A DNA stretch of 64,000 bases from Podarcis vaucheri (taxonomy: Eukaryota): the NCBI GenBank assembly GCA_965113315.1, contig OZ220368.1. One strand, 5' to 3'. This document shows positions 1 through 35,789 of the stretch, in pieces. The notes below the pieces were generated by a model. That model was not told where the DNA came from. It saw nothing but the letters and a program-made list of their open reading frames with translations, and ran no database searches. The stretch's first letter is position 1. The number at the start of each line of letters is the position of its first letter. A program made the translations under genes and the position numbers.

Positions 1-3000
1 TAATGTTCACAAGGATGTGGTCCAATGTTTTCATCCCTGCTGTTCTGAAGATATTTGAATGTTCCTGGGGAGGCTGTGAGAGTGAGATATAGCATATCTG
101 AGGTGTGTACGTGTTCAATGCCTGTGGGGTGGAATGAGGGATAATCCAATCTAATACTCAAAGCCAAAGCAGCAGTACAATTGGGAGTTTGATCAGGAGG
201 GAGAGGGACCCTTTGCATGAAAAAGGAGAGGGCTTCCTTTGTTAATTGGAGTAAAAAAGAATTTGCATAGGGCTCCTCATTAACATGCTCACTGTTGCTA
301 CCTCGCTGTAGCCCAGAATCCCCTCCCCCAACTTTGTATCAAACAATGCTGCTCTCTCAGTGGAGGGGAGGGGGGTTAAGCAGGAGCAGCTGGGGGGGGG
401 AGGCTGTGGCACATAGAGTGACAGTACCTAAGTTTAACGCCCTCCCCATCAGACAAGAGAGTGCCCCATGTAAAGCATACTTGGCAGCTTCTCTCATTTT
501 GCCTTGTCTTTTCATGTTGCTCCCTGGTTAATTAGGGTGTTGGAATTTGAGGCTTCCTCATTCCCCTTTGAAGCTTCAGATTGTCCTGTTCCAAATTAAC
601 CCTAATTACAAGGAATATCTCCCTCTCTTCCCTTCTTCACAACACTTGCAGATGTACTGTCATTTCAGCTCCGAACGTTGTTAATAAATAAGGCTCCCAA
701 TGTCCACTTCCTACTATCACTCATCCTGGGCAATGACAAGAACAAGGTTGTTGAGAGGGTCTCTCTCTCTCTCTCCCTCTCTGCATATTTCTGTCCCGGC
801 CATCACATGGCACAAAACCATCTCCTGGCACTTGTTTAAAAAGAAGCTTTGTACTTAAAGACCATCTGATGAAGGACTCCTCTAATTTTTGGGATCCATC
901 TTCGCCTGTGGCTTCAAAGTTTGGCCTGAATGTGTTCCCCACCCTTCCTCTACATTCTGGTTGTACATGTGGTTTCTCTCCTGGGTGGCCTAGTCAAGAT
1001 CAGCAGAGCTCAGCATGACTCCTGGTGCCTTGCCTCCCAAACAGCCTGGAATGGTTTGGATTCTGCCTCTGATGCTTCCCTCCCAGCTCTTCCCATCTCG
1101 GACAGACGCAGAGTGTCTGTCCCCTCCCTGTGTTCCTTGGCATAGCCTCCTCCCTCACTGGCATCCCAGCTGTTCCTTTGGGGAGAGTGGCGTGGAAACC
1201 AAAAACATGCCTGTCAATCAGCTTGGGTTTATATATATATATATTTATAAAAATCAACAGCTACGAAGTATTAAAAGAAGAATTTATACTTACAAAAAGT
1301 GACAAAATAGCAGGACATGATAGAATTGTTGAGCTCAGCAGCGAGCTTGTAGTAAAAATGTCTACACAAACTCTCTCTCACCAAGTTTGAGAAATAAAAT
1401 TTATGATGAAGAACCCAGAACGATGGAGGGGGAGAAGCACGAATAAGCAAAAGAATTATCAGGCTGTGGAATATGTGGTTTTTATGTCCTCATTTTCTGC
1501 TTCTGTTAAAAATAAGGTGAGCCAGAGAATTTGAAAAGGAAAAGATAATATGTGGAAAATGTTTTTTATTTTAATATGAACAATATTTGGATAGGCTATC
1601 CTGTAGAGCATTCTTCCTCCCACTTGGTGACCTCCAGATAGAAAGATAATTTTATTTTTTTTATTTTGACAAAGTAATAATAATAAATAAATAAAAATGA
1701 GCACTCTGCCCACAAGACAATTCCATTGTAACTTTCCAACCTCCCAAAATTTCAGCCCGTCTTGTGATGGTTTGACCCATATATTTTTATAGACTACAGC
1801 TCTCATCGTCCTTGACCATTGCTTAGGCTGGCTGGAGTTGATAGGAGTTTTAGTCCAAACCACCTGGAGCACACCATGTTGAGGAACGCTGTACTAGAGT
1901 CACATAGTTGGGAATAGTTGGCAAGCATCCTACAATGCATATTATGAACCTTCCATTTGTTGTGCTCCACAGCTGCTGCCATAAGACGTACCTGTGTCAC
2001 AAACGTATTTTGGTTTTGCCCCAGTTTAGCTGTCTATACTCCTTCCTCGTCCCCATCCCTGCTGCTGCCACCATCAAATAATCCTGGGAATTGCAATTTG
2101 TGGTGTTTTCTGGAGAGAGGCAACATGTATTAAACCAGTTAAAGACAGATATGTCCACACACGTTTAGAAGAAAAGGAGTTGGGAAAATCAAGAAAATGT
2201 TAGAATGCATTGGTGTTTCTTGGATTCTGACCCTCAAGAGACAGCTATGTTGTCATTAGCCCCATAAACCTGGAGCCAAATGTTGAGAGTCTTCTGCAAT
2301 GGCTTGAAAATGGGAGACTGTAGTCAAAACAGAATTTATCATTCGGTTCAGTAACCTGTCTCTCAGCCTGTGTCTCTATATCTGCAGAATGGAAATAGTG
2401 ACAACTTCTCTCACATTCTTATTTTAAGGATGATTAAGGGAATGTCTACACTATAGACCCAAACCAGTATGAAATTGGTTTAACTGCCATGGATTTTCCC
2501 CTGGAGAAGTGTGGGAATTGTAGTTGTTTTTGTGAGGTTGCTTTGAGTGCTCAGATATAATCCCTTGAAAAAAGCGCAATGACCATAAAGATGGTTTAAA
2601 TTTATAACACAAATTACTTAACAAATTACTGAAGCAATACTGAAGCAATGTCAATTCAATGTCAATTTCCAAATGGTATATCTGTTGTTAACTTTATAAA
2701 TAAAATTTTATGAAGACACTTGTGCAATATTCCTCAATGAGAAGTTTAACAACGGCAAACAAATGTCTCTGAAAGTCACCTTTATCTCTTTAACTTCCTA
2801 TCTTCTGCAATGTGCAGCCACAGAAGCTTGTGTGTGCTAGGGTGTACTTTCACTTTGTACAGAGTGAATGTGAGGCTCAACAGGCTTGGGCATTACTATG
2901 ACTGAACTGAGTATGCGCTGTAGAATATTTCCCAGAATCCTTTGCTATATACAGCTGTTCTGTGGCAGGCAGGCAACTTCCTCCGCAACTTGCACTATTT

Positions 3001-3243
3001 TGTAGCAAAGCTACCATTGGGGGATTCTTCAGAATGGAAGCTTGGGGCACAGTGAATTTCCCCTTGGCATTATTAGTTCACTCATCCCACTCAAAGCCAT
3101 AAGGGGCAAACAAAGTTATTCCCCTTCAGTTTTTAATATACTGACTACATTAGTCATATTTATATACTACTTATTGTGGCTTCTGGAGCACCAGGTCAGT
3201 TACAGTATACGGTGGGCAACTTCCTCTGGCAGACGATGAACTA

Positions 3244-3471
3244 CAGTGGTACCCCGGGATGCGAATGGGATCCGTTCCGGAGCCCCGTTCGTATCCTGAA
3301 CAGAACGTAAGACACAACTGCATGTCTGCGCATGCGCAGGTCACGTTTCGCCGCTTCTGCACATGCGCGTGGCATCATTTTGACCGTCTGCGTATGCGCG
3401 AGCGGCAAAACCCGGAAGTAACGCGCCCGGAAGTACTTATCCTGAAGTGTATTTATCCCGAGGTATGACTG
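3244..3471. mobile_element. Tc1/mariner-type MITE
   Basis: TA target duplication on both sides; TIR CAGTGGTACCCCGGGAT / ATCCCGAGGTATGACTG (14/17 match); CpG-rich interior. Confidence 0.8.
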
Positions 3472-4107
3472 TATAGCTCTCTGTGCTGGTAGCAGCTTCT
3501 CAATATGTAGTTTCTCCTTCCACTCGCCCTTTCCCTTTCTTTTTCAAAAATAAAATACAGTCCCAGGAGCTGCAATTACAGCGGAAGACTGTGGGGGAGG
3601 CAGTTCTTAGCTCTTTCCCTCCAACAGGTGTCCCCCTCCCCCAGTAAAACCGCTCCTTGCAAGTTGCTGAACACCTGCCTCCTCTCCAGTAGGATTTTGC
3701 TCCTAGGTGGGGAGCTTATCAAGCAATACCACTCCTTCTTGAGCCCCTCCTCACTTCTACCTCTGCAGCTGTGTTTTGTTTTATTTTTTAAAAATACTAT
3801 GTGTGATCAAGCACAACACTTCTCTGTGTCTTTTAATTTGTTTTAATTAATTAGACAACCAACACAGATTGGAGTAATCAGTCTACTAGTTAAATCTTCC
3901 AAGGGTTGGGGAAATGTATTCTTTTAACCATGATAATGTGAAGAAGAATACATGTGTTAAAGGGAAGACCAGACTGCATGATGTTCTCCTGTGGGCCTAT
4001 TCTCAGTTCTAGGGGGTCTCATGTGAATAAGCGAAGAGCCAAGTAAGAGGACAGAGGTAAGTGGGGGAGGTATATTAACTCCAGTGTTTCTTTCCCTTTC
4101 CCTCCAG

Positions 4108-27618
<23,511 letters not shown>

Positions 27619-30600
27619 CATTTCACTTTTGCCAGGCCCAAGACCTTGGGTCTAGAACTCCTGCCTCAGGGATGGGATGTGCACAGTATCCCTGGTGGGG
27701 TCAGGGGCCCAGATTGTTCACACAGACACACACCACAGACTGTGAAGCAGGATGGATACCTGGAAGCTCTTGCACTGTGTTTAAACAACTGTAGACAGTG
27801 CCTTTGGGAACTGGAGCAAGAAGGCCAGATGAGCTACTGCCGTGAAAAGGTTGATGGGAGAATCTCTCAGCACCTGGTGCTCCACTTTCCCATGTTTCTC
27901 TAGGTGTTATCTGCCACCAAAAACATGCTGGGTTTCTTGGTTACCAGGACTTCTGGCTTCAAAACATCCCTAGTTTGCATCCTTACATTGGACTGTGATA
28001 GCCCAGATAACATTGTGCCCACTCACCTGCAGACAGGGAAAGTTCCAATCCCATCGAACCTGGAAAATGAAAGTGACAATTCCCCATATGCTGTGTGAAC
28101 CATCTCATGGCTGTCATCGGGGCAGGGCGAGAGAATTGCCCAAACACTGACCCTCCCATGGAGAGAACAGGACTCAACTTGTGCGTGGGGAAACTCCTCC
28201 CACATTGTGCTGCTATTCTTTTATTTTTATTAATATTAATATTATTATTTTAAGCTGTATAAAAAAGAGTCACGAACCCTCCCCCTTATAATTATAATAA
28301 TTATTTTTTATTATTTTTACAGCTCCCTCATTAAAAAAAAAAAGTGGCGTATCCCTTTAAGGGGAAACACCAGGGTGAGGTGGTAATGGAGAGAGGACCC
28401 CCTGGGCGTGTGGAGTGGAGGGAGCATGCAATGGAGGGGCACAATGTGTCTTAGCGCCTTCTATGCAAGCTGTGTGGGATGGGCTGCACTCTGCTCCTGC
28501 TTCCACCGGCATGTCTGCCTATGCCAGCATTCGCCATCTGGCTGTTGCAAACCCTTTAAATTTCTCCCTGTCCTATCCCACACTACAAAAACCTTTCTGC
28601 CCTATTCTTTTTGCTTGCATGCCTCTTTATCAGTCCAAGGTAGCCCATCACGCAAGTGTCCCATAAGTACTTCCTTTTAGAATTTACATTTTAAGCTTCA
28701 TCATTTCCCAAGAATATCATTGAGGAATAATTTGTGACTAACAGAAAATGAGAATCATTCAGGGCAGGTTTTTGGGCCCTGCAGGACATTTACCCCACAC
28801 AGATGGAGATCAGAGCAGGGCTTTCTGGAAGAGCAGTTTATATGGGTTTATGTTTTTTCTGCTTCCATGTTTTAAGAGGTACTTCTCACAAGTGAGTTTG
28901 TAGTCTGAGACTGCTGCCTGAGTACAAAAATGTATGTGTACTGTGTTGGTTTACGAAGGAAGTGTTTCAAATGGAAATTTAAGCTTACTTTAATAAGAAA
29001 GCTGGGCGACCTTGTGGTAAATTCAGCCATTCATTGCCCTTGTTAAGGACAATGTACCGTTTTGAGTTTTTCAACACATGTTTTTCCTATACTGAGATTA
29101 TTAGCTTCCTGACCTGCATACTTTCAGCACAAACATTCATGCTGCACCTTCACAACTGATGGTGTACAGAACTCCCCCCCCATCTCTTCACAAATATTTC
29201 TGTGTAGGAAAAAAAATCATGTGTAAAATTATCCTTTGATTCTCTCCCACCTAAAAACATCCCTATGTAGTAATCAGAGCAGAAAATGTTCAACGGGAGA
29301 GACGAGTTGGGCAAAACATTCCATTTCCTGCCCAAAAGTATGAGTGCTGTGGTTGCTTTTTCTGTTTCTGAATGATCTCTTTCCGGTTCAGCTTCTTTGG
29401 CTGAAAAACAAGAAATGAACTGTCGCTTGGCAGCAGGATTGGTTCTCAAGGACCAGTTCCATTTCCATCTGACATGCTTGGTTTCCACATAGCTAAGTCA
29501 AAATTGCTTTATGAAATGTTTCAGTTTTTCCATTCTGGTTCAGGATACAAATCCGAATTTTGCACAAAATTCAAAGTGCAGTTTTCTGGCCAGCTCTGCC
29601 CTGTGCATCAATCACAAAACAACAGCTCACAACCTAAATCCTGAAACACAATACTTTTAAAAAAAAAGTTATTTTCTTTCTTTCTGACCTACTCTAAAGT
29701 AAAAAGATGGCAGCTGGGGAAAAAATATTCTGTTTGTTAGGAGTCTTGAGTGATTTTGGAACCTGATGGATGTGCCACAGTTTTCAGCACACACACATTT
29801 CTTTCAACAAGATGCAAGGTTTGGGACCAAATGTATTTTTCACTTAAGACAGTGAAATAACTTTAGGTACTCCCGATTGCAGGTTTGGAGATTTTGGGGT
29901 TCAGGAAGAGACCCCTCCAACTGCAGAAGTTGCTCAACATCTTTCTGCACTGCAATTATATACACAAGTAGTTTGCCAGTTTCTCGGCGGCACTGACATT
30001 TGCAGTGGAATAACACTTTACAACTTTGTCTTTAGAATGAGATAAATTAAGAAGTGCAGATGTCTTCTAGCTGTTCTTTGCCAACATGGAGTTGTCCCTT
30101 GGGGGCTCTGTGTGAAATTCTGACCCACTTGGGCATAAAATTGTGTGTAGTTTTTGGGCACAGAGACTGACACACCATAGCTTACTTGTGTGAGATGGCA
30201 GGGCTGATTCACCTTTGAATCCACTTCCTCAGTGACATTCTTCCTTCTCGACCGCAGGCACTTTATATTCCCCCTCCCTTTCGCCCAATAACTGCTGTAA
30301 TTATATCCCCCAAAGTATGCCGGATTGCCTATTCACTTCTTGCTGCCAAGGGAGTTTCTGCTGAGATTTTCACATTTTGGTTGTGTGAACCCCCTTAGCA
30401 GCTTCAATAGGATTGGGCCTTCTATTAAAATGGATTAATTCAGTTGATTTAAAACTAAGAACTGCTTCTAGAATCTGGAGAGAATTCCCTGCACACAGAA
30501 ACTTGCCATGTGGCAGAGATTCCTCTGACCATTTAGATTTGTCCTGTTTTCTCACCATGAAACTATTTAGACCAGAAACCACTGTCATAGGTAGAACCTA

Positions 30601-33600
30601 GCAACATTTGACATGTATGCCCCACTTCTCCCGCTCTCCTTTCCACCCACCCACTGCTTAAAAAACTGCTAAGTGCTTCTAGCTAACTCACAATAGAAAT
30701 TGTGTTTCTCCTCCCCCCCCCCCCGCGCCCCCCCGCCAACAAGTCTGTGACCAGCAAAGCACAGGAAACGGTGGAAAGGGGGACACATTGTGTGTGCATG
30801 TGTGTATCTGTGTGCGCGTGTGCATGTGAGTATGTAGCAGGTGTGCTGGAGACCTTTTAACCTGAAATGTTGTCATGCCATATAAATTATTTATATGAAA
30901 AGAAAAAAGATTTATTTTTGTAGTTTGTACAGACCTCTAGCCTTGCAATGGAAGTTTTTATTTTTAAAAGTAAATATATATTATATATAAACCTATCTTC
31001 TAATGGTGCCTGTGTGCAGTTCTTTGGTCCCTGCTTTGGAGTCTCTGTGTTTGTAGTCAAGAGTGTACCTACTAGATTGATGCAGGCTGTACGCATAGGT
31101 TTCTCTTAACAGGACAAATAACAGCTGGGGGAGGAAGCTTTAAGCTGGGAAATGGTGCTGGGAGAAAGGGTTAAGCGCCTTTCTCCTCAGCACCACTGTC
31201 CTGGTCTGAATCTCCCTTTTGGCTATTATTTGGTAAAACTTAATGAGGATGCAATTCCATCGCAGATTTCTGACATTGTGTCTTGTTTTGCTCTAGACTT
31301 CCATCTTAGAGAAGTGTGTGTTGATGAACAAAAGGAGTTTGTGTATGCATGAGTAAGGATGCATATTATATATAATTAATATATATGATGATGCATGCAT
31401 AGCTGGACGTTCTTCTGCTCCCAGAAAGTTCAAATCCTGCCCCAAGAAAGTGCAAGCTTTGGATTAATTAGTTAAAGGAAACATTTTAATATAATTTGCA
31501 TATTTGATTCTGACTAACCTGTTCACACAATTTAAAATGTATTTTCAAGGCCTGATAGAGCATGGAAAGTACTGGTGCAGTAGCTAGAGGGAACCATCCA
31601 AAGTTTACTTTTTTCAGTCTTCAGCAAATACTGTGCTTCATTTTTAAAAAAGGAAGAAAAGATCTGTGTGCCTTGACTTGAGTGTTGTCTCTGGACATTT
31701 TCACAGGTGGTACTAAATTACTTTTGATCTGAATTTATGATGCGGGAATATTACTGAGGAGACAGAATAAAGCTAAAGAGAGATCACTTAAAAGCAAATG
31801 TATATTTCTACTTAGTGTAATTTTTCGTGCAATTTACAGATGCAGAAGATGTAGTCAAGTACAATTTGTGAAAATCAGCTTCTGCACCAGCCTGTCAAAG
31901 GCAGCAGGAGACCCCAACAGATGAAGTTGACATGGCCAAAGATAGCGTGTAATATAAAGGATTGTTATACTAGGTTGTCAGTAACAACCAGTAAAAGCGT
32001 GAAATCTCTGCAGAAGAGGGAGACGATTCTGATGTAAGAGCTGGATTTTTTAACTTGGTTGAGGGTGACAACTTAGTTTCAATTCTTTATAAACTTCAAT
32101 TAATGTTATAAATATGCACAGGTTTCCACAAACCAGCAGAAAATAGGTGTATGAAGTGGGAAGCAATTGTCCAGTGGGATAAACATTTTATTTGCTTCCC
32201 TGGAAAGTGCAGAGAGGGACTATGTAATTAGACACAACCTGTGTCTGCTTTCAACTCTTATTATGCTGGAAGTAAGACACTGTAAGTTCAAAAGCATGGA
32301 AAGGAGTCTGGCCAAGGAACAACACCCCCCAGCCCTGTATTGCCCTCCCTGGCACGATCAATTTCTTGAGCCTCCAACCCCATCTCAGCAATGGCTGTAC
32401 TGCAGCTGCCTGGCAGTGTTTATTTTTCCAGTGTGTTCAGGAAGCCAGCATGGTGCAGCCCAGCCAAAGGGGGGGGGCGGACAGGCTAGGAGGTTGTCTT
32501 GTCAGCAGCCACAGGGACCACAGCTGAGCAGATTCCGCAAGCAGAGCAACAAGCAGAATAAAGAAAAACAAACCGAGACCAGAGCTTGCACACACACAGG
32601 CAGCATTGTAGACTCAGTAAGGGGCACCCTCTTCACAAAAGTCCATCAGACTTGATGGCCCTATTAGGTGTCTCCACAATTGCTTTGTATCTTGCCATTT
32701 CTTTGCAGAGAGAAATTGTCTATGGGAGCAACTAAAGCACTGGGGGGCAGGCAGATGCTTGAATATAGCAATGTGCAACTTCTGTTCAAAATTCAGTGGT
32801 TACTCCCAGGGGAAAGAATGTTGGATTAGAATAATGGAGAGCAGTGGAAGAGAACTCTTAATCTTGCTAGTTCCAACCCTTCCCTTCTCAACAGGTGTGC
32901 ATATCTATTAGCCCATTTAAAACAACTGTGGTCTGGGAATTAAAAATATGGTTCACTCAGCAGTTTGTATGGATCCAGACTTTGTGTCTGAGCATTAAAC
33001 ACCCTGCTCCCACTACCTGCCTCTTCTTTCCCCCTGCAAGATGCTTCTCAGCATGATATCACCACGTTTCCCAGGGAGGAGAAGCTTCTTGTTCAAGCCT
33101 ATTGCACTTCTACTTTCGCTTTTGGAACTCTTCTATGAGATACTGCCACAAGATTTTTCTTTTTCTTTCCTTGTTCAAACACTTCTTGACATAGCAGATG
33201 CTCCTTGTCATGTTCTCCCCCTATGTTATAGCCATTAATTCTGCATGTTGCAAGAACCTGATAGAATTTACAAGTAGCAGCCTATGGCTTAGTCTTGAGC
33301 TCCTCATTAAGTGACTCATAATTACCACCATCTGCAGTCTTCCTGAACTTCTTCCCTCATCTCTTTCCGAGTTTATCTTATCTCTTCTTTGGCACCATCT
33401 CTATCTAGGTTAATTTTCTCTTTAACTTCTCGTTTTTGGCTATACATTCCTGAGTGCAAATACCCAGGCAGTGCATTAGTTATGAATAGTGTACAGCCTA
33501 TTCCTTTCCTGACAGCCACTTCCATGTATATTTCAGGGGGCAGGAAAAAGGCCATTTAGGGACAAATAATATGCGGCCCGTTGGCACATTTACAAACAGG

Positions 33601-34594
33601 ACAACCTCTCATGGGCAGCATGCACATGCCACAACCAAGCATACACACTTCTATTGGCTACAATTCTTCAAGCATCACAGTGGGAGGAGGAAACAAAGGA
33701 AGGGTGCCAGAGAAGGCCTTTGTGGGTGGTGCATGTGTTCCTGTGGCATGCAGCATGTTGATGAACTCTACAGCAACACATTAGACCCTTTTCTGTTAAC
33801 AAAGATGGCTTTAGAAAGCTCAATTTTCAGTGGAAAAATAGTGGGGAAAGGAATGAGTGCTTTACCCTTTTCTCACCTGCTGTTTTCTCATGATAAAATC
33901 ACTCCACTGCCTTTTCTCATTTTTATTACAAGGGTATGTTTATAACGCTCGGGGTAAATTTAGAATAGGACAGTAAGCAAGAAATGTATGAAGCATCCTT
34001 TGCCTCCAGCTCCCTCATGCAAAACAGCAACCTCTCAAAGTTGCTTTTCTTAATAAAAATATATACTGAGGCAATGTTACATATTTTTGCCACTTGCCCT
34101 TTATATACAGGTGCATCACTGACCAATGCTGCACTATGTATTTTGTACTCCATGTTCAGTGGCTAAAATGTGAATTGGGCCTCTGTTACTCTTAGATAGA
34201 CAGACTTCAGGAGTTCAATCTCTGCTTCTTTTCTTTTCCTTTCTTCAAGAAGCCAGAATGGTGCACTTGATAGTACATATTAGAGGTCCAATCCATGCCC
34301 TTAAAGCTGATTAGTTGAGCTATCATGTTGGCCCTGAACAGGTTAGTTGTGCTGTTAAAAGTTTAGAGAACAGACTCTAGTGTGTGGGCACTTGGCCCTC
34401 TTGCAAGCACATTTAACCCGAAGAGCAACAGAGAAGGCTTTGAAGGAGCAAGCTACGCTAGTCAGAAGACAATAGCTATTAGTGATGGTCTACTTCCAGT
34501 TTGTCTAGGCCTGAGTTTAAAGGCGCTGGCTCATTCCTGCCTAGCTGCCCTACTAAATCAGTGCCAGTGGTTAAAGATGGTAATTAATGTGCTT

Positions 34595-34915
34595 ATTTAT
34601 TAAATTTCCATACTGCCCTTCATTTGACAATCACAGGTGGCTTACAATATAAAAGCACAAAAACGCACCACAGTGACAAACATAAACAATTTAAAAAGCC
34701 ATAGATTGTTTAATTAGCCTGTGAGAAGAGGGATGTTTTAGCCTAGCACCTAAAGATATGTAAGGAAGGCACCAGGTGAGCCTCCCTGGGAAGAGCATTC
34801 CACAAGCAGGGAGCCACCACAGAAAACACCCATTCGCATGTTGCCACCCTCCCGATCTCTCATGCAGGAAGCACATCAAGAAGGGCCTCAGATGATGATT
34901 GCAGGGTCTGGGTCA
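34595..34915 (-). mobile_element. LINE (L2-like) 3' fragment
   Basis: GGGAAGAGCATTCCACAAGCAGGGAGCCAC motif, related to the 21335-21630 fragment. Confidence 0.55.
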
Positions 34916-35789
34916 GAAAAACCCTTACACAGCACTCTTAGGCTGCAAAGCAAAAATAGTCTTCTACAGCCCTAAAGAAAGCTCAATCTACACAGAAAAC
35001 ACAGAATGAAAGCACACAGGACCTGTGGGGCAAAAGAAAGAAACGTCTTTCAACTGTCTCACAGGCCAAGTCTTGTAGTGCTTCAGTACAATAAATTTAT
35101 GTCACTATCAGGCTGTTCAGATCTATTTTTTCTGAATGTGCAATTGGCACTCAGTTTTTCAGTTTTACGTTTTTCATATCACACCAGCAGGCGGTGGTCG
35201 TTGATGGAAAACTTCCATGCTGAGTTTCTGGGCCCTCTCCTCAGTTACTACAGTCACCCTCCACTACTGTTCTCCATTTTGGGTTCACACACAAGTATTT
35301 CTGTACCTAGGTGCATACACCTTTTCCAAAAGAAATCACTGGAAATTTTAAAGAGTGGAAGAGCAAATGTTACCAGCCCTTGGCTATCATGCTTCAAAAC
35401 TGGCAATATGGAGGGTGCTGCTTTTGAGTGGGGAGGGTGGACAGTATCTATTTCTATTTGGTGTTTTTTTTGTTTGTTGCTTAATGCTAAGTTTTTGCAC
35501 AACACCAGTATTTCACTGTACCAAAACTCTTAATAAAGAGTTACATTTTTGTTCCTTAACAGATTTTCTGCTGCATGACAAAAGCCACAATAAATGTGGG
35601 GAAAGTGCGGGCTGTCATCTCGATGGCAATGTTTTGGAGACGGTGGGGGGGGGAATCATGCTGGAACAGCACCGATTCCACAATAAACATCCGTCTGGAA
35701 GCGCCCTTGGCTTGGCTGAAAGCAATCGCGGGTCTTTCACACATGGGCTAGACTACAGTGCCCCCTGCTGGGAATGCTATCAGTCACAA

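Noticed and set aside
295-4100. ORF-track ORFs and a search for PTCH2 exons 1-2 at the window start
   Set aside because: No Patched N-terminal/TM1 peptide or matching splice sites were found. The ORFs are short and have no recognisable homology, so this is treated as intron 2.
32167-32655. 162-aa ORF with a possible plus-strand exon (about 32432-32616)
   Set aside because: No homology recognised and no partner exons; it lies beyond the PTCH2 stop.
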